The position numbers and the translations under genes are program-made. A model generated the notes under the pieces. That model was not told the DNA's origin and ran no database searches. It was given only the letters and a program-made list of their open reading frames with translations. From positions 12,710,001-12,774,000 of the forward strand of contig JBHGNT010000020.1 of the NCBI GenBank assembly GCA_043228905.1: 64,000 bases of DNA, read 5' to 3'. Every line of letters begins with the position of its first letter. The stretch's first letter is position 1. Positions 10,645 to 23,649 of this stretch are shown here, piece after piece. This stretch comes from Azolla caroliniana. Taxonomy: Eukaryota; Plantae; Polypodiophyta.

Positions 10645-13600
10645 CTACTTCCTTGCTTGGTCGTTCGGGACTGTTCTCCCCCTCAAGTTTGGCACGTCGA
10701 GGTGACGCAATCTGAGCGCACCTGAGAATTGCCGCAACTTGTCCAGACCAAGAGGCTTGGTGAAGATGTCGGCAATCTGCCGATCCGTCGGAACGTATTG
10801 AAGTTCGACTTCACCGGAAAGGACACGCTCACGAACGAAATGGTAGCGCACCTCAATGTGCTTGGTCCGTGCGTGGAAGACGAGGTTCTTCGTGAGTTGG
10901 ATGCTGCTGAGGTTGTCGCAGTAGATCGTCGTTGGATCGGACACCTCCTCTTGCAGGTCCTTAAGTAGCCGCTTCAACCATATGGCTTCGCATGTCGCGA
11001 CAGCCGCTCCTCGATACTCAGCTTCGGTGCTCGACAGTGCAACTATCGGCTGCTTCTTACTAATCCACGCGATCGCGGCACTCCCGAGGGAGAACGCGTA
11101 TCCAGACGTGGATCGGCGATCGGCAGCGTTGCCAGCCCAATCAGCATCGATGTAGCCGACTAACTGCACGGTTGCACCGGTCCGATATAGCAATCCCCGG
11201 TCCTTAGTGTCGTTGACATACCAAAGTATGTGTTGCGCACACTAAAGGTGCTCCTCGGTAGGTCACGCCATGAACTGACTGATCACTCCGACCGGATAAT
11301 TGAGGTCGGGTCGGGTGATGGTCAAGTATATGAGGCTTCCGACAATTTGTTGGAACCTCGTCGGGTCGCATACCTTTCCCGTATCGGGACAAAGCTTGAC
11401 GGTTCTGTCCAGAGGAGTCGAGACGGACTTACAGTCGGCCATCCCGAATTTGAAGAGCATACTCAGCACGTAATGATGTTGGCTGATCAATATGCCTTCG
11501 GGGGTACGGATCACTTCGATCCCGAGGAAGTAATGAAGGTCCCCCAGATCCCTCATGTCAAATGATGCCGCAAGCTGGAGCTTCACGCGGTCGATTTCAC
11601 CAAGGTCGGCGCCGGTGATGACCAAGTCATCAACATATAGTAAAATACTAACGAAGCCGACCTTTCCGGATGAACAGGGAAGAGTCCGATTTTGACGTGA
11701 CGAAGCCCATCCGACACACTTGTTGCATGATCTTCGCGTTCTAGGCACGCGGGGCTTGCTTCAGTCCGTAAAGGACTTCTTCAGACGGCATACTGCCGAG
11801 GAGTTCGTTCCTGAGTGAAATCCGGGGGGTTGTACCATGTACACCTGTTCCTCAAGGTCACCTTGCAGGAGCGCATTCTTTACATCCATCTGATGTAAGT
11901 GCCACCCCTTCGCCGCAGCTACTGCAAGCAAAACACGGACGGTCGTCATTTTCGCGACCGGCGCAAATGTCTCATCGTAGTTGATGTCGTGTTTCTGCGC
12001 GTAGCCCTTTGCCACTAGCCGAGCCTTGTACCGGTTGACCGAGCCATCGATGTTGTACTTGACCTTGTACACCCGCCTACACCCGATCGGTTTTACCCCT
12101 GTTGGTGCGCCAACCAGGTCCCAGGTCTCATTCTCCACCAATGCGTGCATCTCTTCCTCCATCGCGGCACACCAATTCGTGTCTTTAGCCGCTTCTGCGT
12201 AGCTCTCCGGCTCACGCACTTCCGCTACACGGGTCATGTACGCATAATGATGCGCCATGTACTCGTTGTATCCGAACCGCAAAACAAGGTTCTTCTGGCG
12301 GGTAGATCGGCGTAATCTAGCATTAGCCGATGTCGAGGCCTTCTCGGTCGACGCGGACTTCACCTTTAAAGACCCGTCACCGGTTCCCTCGGAGTCGGAC
12401 TCGCGTCGGTCTGACTCGTTCCTATCCGTGCCGGAATCTGACACCTTCTTCTTCCCTTTCTCTTTGCGCGTAAGCCGTCTCCTCAACTTCCTGCGCGGGG
12501 AATGCATGGCCGAGTCTCCACTACTCGCCGGCTCTTCATCGAACTGGTCGTACCGACTCAGTCGTCCAATCGGTCGACTTGGTCCACTTAAACAGAGCGA
12601 AATCGGACTCTCTTCGCGGGTCTCGATTTCGGGCTCATCTGGAGGCATCTCGGCCTCTCTGACCTCATCGTCAGAGCTCGGATTGGAGTCGAGGTTCGGA
12701 GTCGGGGGCTGGTACCAGGACGCGGACTCGTCAAACACAACGTCGCGGCTGACACGCGCTTGTTTGGTGCGAGGGTTATAGCACTTATAACCCTTCTGCT
12801 CGTCCGAGTAACCGACCAAGATGCATTTCTCGGCCTTTGCGTCCAGCTTCCTCCTTTTCTCCTTCGGTACATGCACATACGCAATGCTACCGAACACCCT
12901 CAAGTGTCGCAAGTTCGGCTTCGTTCCGAACTATAGCTCGTGCGCCGACACTTTGTCTCCGATCCGGTTCTGGATGTATACCGCAGTCCTTACTGCCTCG
13001 GCCCAGTAGAACTTGGGCAAGCTCTTCTCCTCCAGCATTGCCCGTGTCGCTTCCACAATCGACCGATTCTTCCTCTCGGCCATGCCGTTCTGCTCCGGCG
13101 TGTATCTACAACTGAATTCGCGCTGAATTCCCATTTGTTGTAGATAACCGTTGAATTGACCAGAAAAGTACTCTTTCCCGCCATCCGACCGCAGGCACTT
13201 GATTTTTCATCCCGTTTCCGTTTCCACAAACCCTTTGAGGTCCCGGAAACAGTCGAAGACTTCGCTCTTCCTCTCAATGAGGTAGATCCACGTGTGCCGC
13301 GTGTGGTCGTCGATGAAGGAGACGAAATATCGGCTCCCGCCAAGACTAACGTTTTGTGTCGGCCCCCATACATCGGAGTGTATAAGGTCGAGCTTGTTCC
13401 GGCTCCGGTTTCGCTCGTTTGGGAAAGGAAGTCGGTGTTGCTTCCCGAGCTGGAAGGCTTCACAAATTTGTGCCTTTCGGCCACTAAATTTGGGCAATCC
13501 TAACACTACCTGTTTCGATTGCAGATCTTGAAGCCGTTGGTAGTTGACGTGGCCTATCCGCTTGTGCCACAAGTCGATGTCCGACTCGGATTTTTGTCCC

Positions 13601-14979
13601 TTCGCGAACATTGCGATGCCGCCGTCAGTGGAATCGAGGATGAACATCCTCCCGTCTCTGCGCCCTTGCGCAATCACACGGCCTTCTTCCTCAATGAAGC
13701 ACCCGAGGTGTGTAAACCGAACCTCCATCCCTTGGTCGACGATCTATCCGACCAAGACCAAGTTCTTCGTGATTGTCGGAACGTGCAGCACGTTCATGAG
13801 TTTCCCTTTCTGCCCGACATGGCTAAGGGGAACTTCTCCGACATTCACGATCAGATGTGGAGTGTCGTCTCCAGTTGCGACTACTCCAGGTTGTATCGGT
13901 TTTTCAAGGTACGAGAACCACTCCTTATGACTCGTCATGTGGTTTGACGCGTCGGAGTCTACGTACCACACCTCGTCTGATCTCGGGGTGGTCCGTTTCA
14001 TTGAGTTTTCTTCGTGTCTCGTCACGAAGACAGACCCTTCTCCGGCTCTCCCGGAGTCTTTGGCGTAGTGTGATCGCTGCCGATTTCCCTTGTCGGTATG
14101 TCCGAAGCCGTTTCCGGAACCGGTTCTCTCCGAATCGGCGCGCTTCTTCCAGCACTCACTTTCCCTGTGGCCTTTCTTGCCACAGTACCAGCACTCCGCG
14201 ATGGCCTTCCCTTGCCGGTTCTCATCGCTTCGACTCCCCCTGTTTCCGGAGGGTCCGGAGTTGCTGTCGGCATCACTTCGGTGCCTTCTTCCTTGATCTC
14301 GTCGGCCGCCTCCATTGCACGCCGACTCGCCTCGTCCTCCACGTCCACGGGGCCTATCTCCCTCCGTGTATAGCATTCTGCTGTCGGTGTGCGTGCTTGT
14401 AGACGCACCCGCGTGGTTCTCCTCTACCAGGAACATTGACTGTAAGTCGAAAAAGGACGGCGTATTCTCCCGGGTACACACAGCCGTTCGGAACGCTCCG
14501 AACTTCGACGCCAAACCTCCGAGACAGATCTGGACCATCTCGCTCTCCTCGATGTTCCCCTCTATGGAGGCGAGGGAGTCGCAAATATCCTTGATCTTCG
14601 AGGTATAGTCCGCCACCGACAAGTCGCGTTGTCGTAGGTTGTTCAACTCCTATCGGAGCTGAAGCTTCCTAGCTGTGGTGCTCGCAGCGAAAATCTTCTT
14701 CAGATTTTCCCACGCACCCTTCGGCGTCTTTGCATCCCGAACATAGCTCAATAGTTGTTCGCCCACACACGACGCGAAGCAGTATAATACCCTGCTCGCC
14801 GATTGCTCCCACGACGGGAAGTCTCTATGTGTCGATTCGGGTGCCGCGTCATTAGCTCCTTCGACATAACTCCAGTAGCCATGTCCAAGCAGGTACTGGT
14901 GCATCTTGTAGGACCAAGACGCGTAGTTGGTTCTGTCGAGCTTCTCTGTTGGAAGCGAGCTCGCCATGCCTCTATCCAT
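10645..14979 (-). pseudogene. Copia gag-pol with several nonsense codons and frameshifts
   Basis: Gag LDRTNYASW, CWYCGKKGHRESEC, protease WYVDSDAS, LWHKRIGH, integrase [37 protein letters not shown], RNase H DADWAG...HIEVRYHF. Stops at 14650, 13744 and 13207, plus frame changes. Confidence 0.93.
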
Positions 14980-15039
14980 CGTTCTTCTTGTTCTTCTTCG
15001 TCAAGCTATGTCGGCTGCAGAGAGGTTCTCAACCCTCGC

Positions 15040-15051
15040 GCTCTGATACCA
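15040..15051 (-). promoter_or_regulatory. Copia primer-binding site, initiator tRNA-Met (TGGTATCAGAGC)
   Basis: gctctgatacca on + immediately before the LTR start at 15052. Confidence 0.92.
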
Positions 15052-15507
15052 TGTAAAGAGTAACGTGCGGAAGCAAGTATGAAGACCGAACAGAAGGAAG
15101 AAAACTCAGGTTTAATGGAGAGCTTGAGCTTACGCAGTATACGCGGGAGAGACAGAGAGACAGAGAGAGTGATAGAGAGAAAATACAAGAACTATATTCA
15201 AAAAAACTCTATTCACCATTCTCTGTACATATGTGTGTTCAATGAACACTTTTATACAAGTCCTAGAAGGACTGACCGAAGTACTGACAGTACTTCAATG
15301 CTCACTAAGAGCTCCTACACTAACTCCCAAATATATTCCTCACGGAATATCTTTCCTAACGGCCTCCCGGTTTACGCACCGATCCGGCCCTACCTACGCA
15401 CCGGTCTGCGTACCGGTTTACGCATTCGGCCTAACCGATCGGTCCCAACCGATCCAGTCCTCAGCTTCTTCAGCCGATCCGGCCGATGTTGAGCTTGTCT
15501 CTCAACA
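15052..15507 (-). repeat. Copia 5' LTR
   Basis: Duplicate of 9694-10149. TATAAAA on minus at 15250-15256. Confidence 0.95.
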
Positions 15508-16435
15508 ATGGCCAAACAAAGCGGGTTAACCATATTCTAGAACAATACCCTGTGTGTTTTGGCCACCATCAACAAACATGTTTGGGCTGTTATAGGTTTT
15601 AGGGTTAGGGTGGCCAATTTCCTCTCAATCACAAAGTTTGCCTACAACAACTCGCTACATAGGTGGACTGGAATTACATCGTTTTTTGCAAACTAAAACT
15701 TACACCCTCACTTCAACATTTCCATCCCCTCCAACTTTGTAAGCTCTTCGGCAAAAGAACAAGCCTATAACCTAGAGGACATACATAGAAACCTATCCTT
15801 GGAGTTCATCCTTGTTGGCGAGTGACACAAGAAATTGTGACCTTTCCGAATCATCATGAAAATCAACCCAGTTGTTATCCACTTAGTATTCCATTTACAC
15901 TTCAAGATTCATAATCTCTTCAATGTATCCTTTCTTGAACCTCTCCATCCATCTCATATACTCCTAGGTTTGAAGTCCCTAATTTGGTTTGGCTCCTACG
16001 CCGAAATATTGCCCCCACTCACCCTTGCACGAAGTTGGACTATAAGAAGTTAGGACCTTTCAGAATCATCGAGAAAGTCAACTTGGTCGTTGTCCACTTA
16101 GAAGTTCCTTTACGTTTCAGGATTCATAATAGCTTCCATATATCCCTTCTTGAACCTCATCATCCATCTAAGATATCGGATCCCATTCTTCTCCTCGTCA
16201 CCAATGGAATTGTCGATAGGGAGGAGTATGAGGTCAACAAAATACTCAACTCTCGTTTCCTTCGTGGACAACTTCAATACATTGCTCTATGAAAAGGACC
16301 CCCCATCTTAGAAGCTACATGGGATCCGGCCAAGAATTTAAAGAATGTCATTGATGTAGTCCATTATTTTTCATGAATGATATCCACACAAGCCGAGATA
16401 AAGTTTTCGAGGTCAGCCTAAGTGGGAGAGGATAA
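15508..16435 (+). mobile_element. Degenerate chromovirus (gypsy) remnant: integrase C-terminus, GPF region, chromodomain, PPT
   Basis: GQTKRVNHILEQY...KFAYNNS, KLDYKKLGPFRII...IHNSFHISLLEP, and chromodomain EYEVNKILNSR...LQY...KG...EATWDPAKNL. The purine tract gtgggagagga precedes TGTCC at 16436. A diverged duplicate of the IHNxFxxSxLEP segment lies at ~15856-15960. Confidence 0.8.
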
Positions 16436-16789
16436 TGTCCCAAACACGAATTAAACCTCTAATATTCCATATCATAACCAAGTCTCAACATATCATGTGG
16501 TTGTGACAAATACTTATACATTATGGATATGTAGACTAGAATATTATTTGCTTACATGATTGCTTTGCCTAGTACATGTAGTTCTCAAGAACATGTATAA
16601 ATATAGTGGTTTATCTTGATCCCAATAAAGGTGAACAACACCATTTACATAATCATATGTACAACTCATTCTTTCTGTCTTAATATTATTTCTCTTGTCT
16701 CGCATTCCTTATCTCCTTTCTGTTATTCATATGTGCTATAAAAAGTCCACTTTTGGGTATGTTTTGACCTTCATAAGAGGAGTAAAGGC

Positions 16790-17050
16790 TAAAAAAGTGT
16801 GTTGCATTGTCTACTAGAGAGGCAAGGTATGTGGCTACCATTGAGGCATGCAAGGAGGCTAAATGGATTTCAAGTCTAGTGGGAGATCGACACATTACAG
16901 AGTTACCTCTTCTTTGTGACAATCAAAGTGCGATCATGTTATCACAGAAGCCTATCTTTCATGCTAAGGTAAAGCACATACATGTGAAACATCACTTTAT
17001 GTGCATACAAATGATAATCCAACATATCTTCTCACGAAGAGTCTTCTAGC
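16790..17050 (+). pseudogene. Old copia RNase H fragment
   Basis: LSTREARYVA...EAKW...CDNQSAI...FHAKVKHIHVKHHF is the copia RNase H signature. Confidence 0.8.
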
Positions 17051-20000
17051 TTTGTACTTAGTTAAACTATTGATCCTTTCTACTCTCAAGGCACGTTGCC
17101 TTTAGGTAGGACATTGTTGGGAATAAAGGGTCATAACATATTCTATACTTTTATAAGAGCACATAGGCAAACAAAGGATTAAGCTAGAATTACACAAAAC
17201 CCATCCCCAACAGCCCTACAAATTGCAAGAGCAAAAAATACCAAGTGCACAACCATGTGCCCCTCAACTCCCACAAACCTTATTAGGCAATGCCAACAAA
17301 TTCATCTTTCGTGGTTCATGACCCTGGTGGTGTCATTCACAACTTCCACACACTTCTAATGCATTGTTCTTCTTACATCATCATCGCCATACATCGATGT
17401 TTTTTCTATATTTATTTTTTGTCATCATATCACTATCTCAATTTGTTCTGACGTTTTTGTTTTTTACGTTTGGCACGTAGACTAAAATGGATTCAGTTAT
17501 AAACATTGATAATGTCTCTCAATCCATGTCTCTATTCTTTAATAGAAAAAACTTTGCATCTACTTTTGTGGTACTTCACCTCCAAGTCATAGTTTGAGCA
17601 CTGTACAAAGGGAGATAGTAAACTTTGCATGGCACTCTAATAAAACAAATAGTGCACTTTACAGGGTACCCTAATAAGACAAATAGTACACTTTACATAG
17701 CTCCCTAATAGGATAACTTTGAACATGTCTCCAACTTTATTCGAGATCCTAATCATTTATGAACAAGTTGTAGCTACATTTGAGGTAAGCAATTAGATGT
17801 TGTGGTGGAAAAGTATATGATTTAATTTGTGTAAGGTTGTTGGCTCATGTCTAAAGTTATGGGTTTACTAGTGCATTCATTGCAATAAAAAGGGTTTATG
17901 TTTCAATACATATGCATTAACACTTGCACTAAAACATGGTTTCACATATTCACATTCCACAACCTGATGACAACCTCAAGGGTAAGACAATCTAAATGAA
18001 TTTTATATATTGTATTATTATATGGAGTACTAATAATATGTGGATAGGTTAAACAAATATTCGTTGTATAGTGATAATTACATTTCATAATGAGCATTGT
18101 ACTTTGGTATGGTATTTTAAACTTCAAAAATCATAGCATTGAAACATGTTAATAAGATATGAATGTGATGCACTTTAGTCCCTAAGTTTAGCCCCAAATG
18201 TACAAGCTAACACATGTATTATGAACTATTAAACATGGGGCATTCAATATTGAACTTATGCATTGAGGTTACATATCCCCTCCAAAATATGAAGAATTTG
18301 GAATTTGATGTGATCATTCTAGTCAATTGTTTGTTATCGAATAGCAATTGTAAAAGAAAAGGCTTCAAATTACTCTAGGCTAAACTTTGGTGTTGTCATC
18401 ATTAAGTTGTGGTAAATTGTCCGTAGTTTCACATTCTTTATTCTAACACTTTTGTTTGTCCTCAAGCTAAATGTGGTAAAATGTTGCCAAGTTGAAATAC
18501 TATTGCTGCCATTTGACATAGATGAAATAATGTTTCTTTGTCAATGTTCAAATTATTGGGAGTGAATGTCAACAGAACACATTAAAGGTGGTTACAAAAC
18601 AAGTTGTGTTTGCATAAGAGATATTGGAAGATTGAATCCCAAGTCTCAATATTATTGACTAGGTAAATAGAAAATATCATAAATGTAGATGAATTGTGAA
18701 GAAGATAAAGCCATCGTATGTGTGGATACCTGAAAAAGAACGCATAGATATGTCCATGCACATACCATATTAATGATGTCTCAGTTTAGTGAAGGACAAG
18801 TCATAATGTGTGAGATCATTGGCTAGTAAAGGGGAAACGAACATTCAATTGCAATTCTTTAGGGAATATGATATACATTCTTTTACCATACCTATTACCA
18901 AATGACATTTCATGTGTGAATAAAACGAATGTTACATAGTCAACTCACATCAACATCCAACTATGCGTGCAAGTATTCATTCACCATGCTAAATTCAAAA
19001 TGTGGTTGTCATGTGATAGGTCACTCCAACCTTCTACGAAATTATCCATGTAATAAGAATGAGGTAGTAGAACACTAACAACTATTTGTTCAAATTTCTT
19101 GGAAACAATGCATGAAATGATATCCTCTAACATGCATATTCAAAAGGAAATTAGACTTGTGATTGGAGGACATTGAATCATTATAATGTTGAGGAGTTTC
19201 TAATACACACTATGAAGGTAAAGCCATGGTATGACATGTGTAGCCTTTGAGAAGGAAGAGAAAATGTTTTGAGAGAAAGTCACTCAAAGGGGTCATAAGA
19301 ACAATGGTAGAAAATGTACACCTCAATGCCTATCTCTTAAGGTTGCAATGTTTTACCACTCTACAAAAGGTTAATTCTTTTTAGAATATGCAAGTGAAGT
19401 TTTACCTTTGAATCTTGAACTTGCCCCTTCCACACACAACATGAAGTAATGTAATGTCTAACTGAGTTGGGCTTGTAGTCACATTGTGTGGTTTTCCAAG
19501 TATCAAAGCATCACAACATGCAACACATTACTACTTGCTAAGTTTTGAGGCTAAATTAAACTTTTAATCGGGGAAGTATCTCATGTAGTAGTGGAGGTCG
19601 TGGCTCTCACAAATGAACACGGGAATGATATCTCTCTCCAAGTTAAGAAAGTGTACATGTATGGTTCGATTGCCAATCTTGCTTGGGCTCCATGTGATGG
19701 TAACCTTTCATTTTCCGATATAAGATTGTTGCTCATGTTCAATCTGAACTAGATGAATCAACCGTTAAAAAAGAAAAACAAATCGACAACCTTGTAAGAT
19801 GATCATCAATACACCGTATTATACACCTTTCTATTTGTGCTTGTATTTGAGTAACGTGTTTGTGTGTGTGTACATAAGCTTAATTATGCTTTCTTATTGG
19901 ACAACATCATTCATTATAGCATCTTTTCTTTAATGCTTTCTTCACCTTTTTTTTTCATGGCACTCATTTTCTTGACTTTTCTACTTATTTACTTTTCTGC

Positions 20001-22741
20001 TCCCCTTTTCCTTGCTTTTTGGGAAATTGTTGTGTTTTGTGCTGTTTTTAGCTCCAACATAGTTATTAAATGAAACCGTTTGCTGTCTTTAATAATAATG
20101 ATGATGATTTCAATTTCACTCTCTAGACCCAATCTCTCTCCATTGAAAAAACAAAACCCCATGGCTTTGCTCTCTTTGAGAGACGCACACACACATACAC
20201 ACACTCTTGCGTCTCCTAAGGTTATCGTGCCTTATCAATCATTGATGTAGCATTTTGTAATTAGCCTTGACAAAAGCATTGTTGGCTTAGACATTCGAAA
20301 CACTTGTAAATTCCTGTCCAGCCTTATACCTATTAGATTGACCAATTTACCCCGCCACATGTGTGTTGCCTTTTATTGAAGGCCTTACTCAACGAAATCA
20401 TCACTCTATTGGCATCAGAATTGAAGTTCTTGATAAACTATTAATCCCCCCAAGCCCCCCTCCCAGAGTCCCATATACCCTATTGACCTCTTCACCATCA
20501 TTCTTGAGAGTGTTGATGCATCGATTGGCAACACACTGGTGACTAACATTTTTCACCATTACCAAATTTGACATGCATAATTGCTCAAGGGGTAATGTAA
20601 CTCAATGGTGTTCCATAGACTTTTTGCCATCGAAAGATTTGTTCATTTAGATGGCATGCAATAAATTGTACCAAATATGTTTTGGGTTAATTGGTAAAAT
20701 ACGAGAATAATATAAGGAAAGAGATGTCGATGACTTTTGATATAACAAGATGATTTGGGGTAATTGCACACCATGGATAAGCATGTTGGAATGTTGGATG
20801 GGCTAATTGCATATGTGGTCTCTTTGCAACGTGGTTTTTTTAAAAACTTGAAATAGTCCCAATTATGCAATTTCCATTCTCTAGCACACTAAAGAATTGT
20901 GTAGTTTTATAGAGTATGGTGTCAATGTGTTGAGCTATAATGAAGACACCTAATTCTTAGGGTGGACTTCATGACTCATTATTTCACCATTTACTCAAAT
21001 ACGTTAAAATGGGGAAATCATTAAACCCTAGACCGTTTCATTGTAGCCCCAAAGACCCCTTCTCGGCCTAGGCCCTGTACATGGTAGAAATCTCTTTACT
21101 TTATGATTAAATTTGACATCTTTAACATTATTTCTAGTTTTGCATTGAGGATTATTAAAGCGAAAAGGTAAAAAATTTTAAATTTTGCTTTTAAACGCTA
21201 AATTGAGAATAAACAAACTTGTCATGTTTATATATTGTTGGTAAGGGTATAGACCTAATCAACTAACTAGCCGCAATATTAAAACTCCTTTATATTATGA
21301 AACCAATGTATTAATACTTTACATCCATACACCTAGACCTAGCTATGGAATATATGTGAAGAACCGCCACATTGGTGAGTGTAAACAACATTGATAACTA
21401 TAAAATGAAGTTCTTTTATAAACGGTGGCCCCAAGTCAACAATGTCAAGCCGAGTCTTGCTCTTACCATATAACTCATGGAGTTAACATAATATTATGAA
21501 ATGTGGTCATGTCATTGTTATTTACCAAATGTAGTATATAATCATGCTCTTGAGTCTACTTCATGCTAACAAAGTTAAAATCATGTTCTATATCTCGAGG
21601 CTTAGTCGTCATCATAGTTCCCTAGTATTATGATGATATTTATACTTCACAGATAAAACTCTACAATCCTTAAATCCATTTCCTCAACTTAACTCTTGGA
21701 TCATCATTGGGCCAATATATACATCTTAATACTTCGAAATATCAAAACCAACCTCATGCCAACGGAACCTAGATTTTGGGGTTTCTTGAATTAGAACTGT
21801 TTGAACAATATTGCATAAGAAACTTGATTTCTTGGTACATAGAGGACATCAAAAGAAGATCTATGTGAGAAAGAGACCATCTATTATCTTAGCAATTTAG
21901 TTACATTCCATAAAGGATCTAGTGAAGTAGTGCAACTAGTGAAATTTGAACCCAAATATTGGTTGTATGGATCGTAAACAAAATTCAATCCAAAGTGTAG
22001 AATATCTAATGAGGGCATGTTTAGGATTCAAACAAAAATGTCGATTTCTTTCTTATCCTCATCCTATCTCTTTCCTAAGAATTCCCAAAATCCCAATTTT
22101 GATTTTTTAGAAATGTCTAAAGGTACATTCTATATTCGAGAACATTAAAGGTTGGATACTTTTTATGTTTTCATATAATCTATAATCCATTGGAAAATTT
22201 GATTGCATGTCCTTTTGGTTTTCTCAATTCTATTAGAACATTGTAATTTAGTTTGAACTCCATTGTGAAAAAGGTTGCATATGATTAACCGTTGGATGTG
22301 AGCTTGTTTTAGTGTGCACGATTCTAGTATAGCATCTATGTAAGCCCCATGCATAACCTTGTCCATCTCATAACTTTACATCCCCCGAATCACTCTCTCA
22401 AATGTCAACGCCACCTTTTTCAAATATGTTCATCCATCTACTCCAAATATTGTTTCAATTATTGTCTTTGCATTACACTTCTGCCAAATTGCACTCTATG
22501 CTTTAGTCTCTAGATAACTTATGCATCTTATTATGTGTACATTTAGGATGTTGAAGGTGAATATTGTTGAATAAACTCAAATTTAACTTTAGTTTATTAA
22601 TTTTTGAAGTGTGCATGCGTCTTTGACATCTGTTATTTGCCTATCATGGCTACAACCTTTACAATGTTTTCAGATTAATCATTTCGTCATGTATGTAGAA
22701 ATTCTACTAATGAAGAATATTTTTTTGGAAAAATAAAATAA

Positions 22742-23649
22742 AATCCTTGAAGTGTGCCTCGTACATTCCTAGAAATCTAGGATGTTTCATATACACTTTT
22801 TATTATCATGTTTGTATTCTCGTTGTCATATTTTAGACTTTATAAACATTGAACCTCTATATTTTGGTCAAAGACTAAAGGCCTTTATCATATGCACACA
22901 CATACCTAAAAACCCGATGATGTTATTTAGTTTTATGTATAAATATGATCGATGAATACAAATTGTGGGCTCTTTGTCTAGAAGCTATCATTTCATCCAA
23001 CAAAACGAATCTATCAAGTTAAACTATATTTGATAAGTCAAACATATACGATGTCATTATGTAGGCGATGCGAGTGTTCAATGCACACACTTCACGTCGT
23101 AAATGATAGGGCCTACAACTGTCATTGTATTATGCTCTCTGAGGGAGCAACAATTTCCTAATCTAGAGGCGTCAAATAGAAGTATCAAGGGTTCTTGCGG
23201 CTAGATAATCTTGATCTACGGTAGAACTAGAAAGGACCACCACTCCTCCCAAACTTAGCATTAGTTTATTAATCCTTGAAGTGTGCCTCGTACATTCCTA
23301 GAAATCTAGGATGTTTCATATGTACACTTTTTATTATCATGTTTGTATTCTCGTTGCCATATTTTAGACTTTATAAACATTGAACCTTTATATGTTGGTC
23401 AAAGACTAAAGGCCTTTATCATATGCACACACATACGGTCATACCTAAAAACTAGAGGATGTTTTTTAGTTTTATGTATAAATATGATCAATGAATACAA
23501 ATTGTGGGCTCTTTGTCTAGAAACTATCATTTCATCCAACAAAACGAATCTATCATGGGAAACTATATTCGATAAGTCAAACATATACAAGGTCATTACG
23601 TAGGCAATGTGAGTGTCCAATGCACACACTTCACGTCGTAAATGATAGG
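22742..23649. repeat. Direct duplication of ~370 bp (22742-23110 and 23271-23649)
   Basis: Both copies run aatccttgaagtgtgcctcgtacattcc...ttcacgtcgtaaatgatagg, with scattered substitutions and a small indel. Confidence 0.85.

Larger units (their letters stand above)
9694..15507 (-). mobile_element. Complete Ty1/copia LTR retrotransposon, coding region inactivated
   Basis: 456-bp TG...CA LTRs. 5-bp TSD ATGGC at 9689-9693 and 15508-15512. PBS TGGTATCAGAGC. PPT present. Gag-PR-INT-RT-RH order. Confidence 0.97.
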
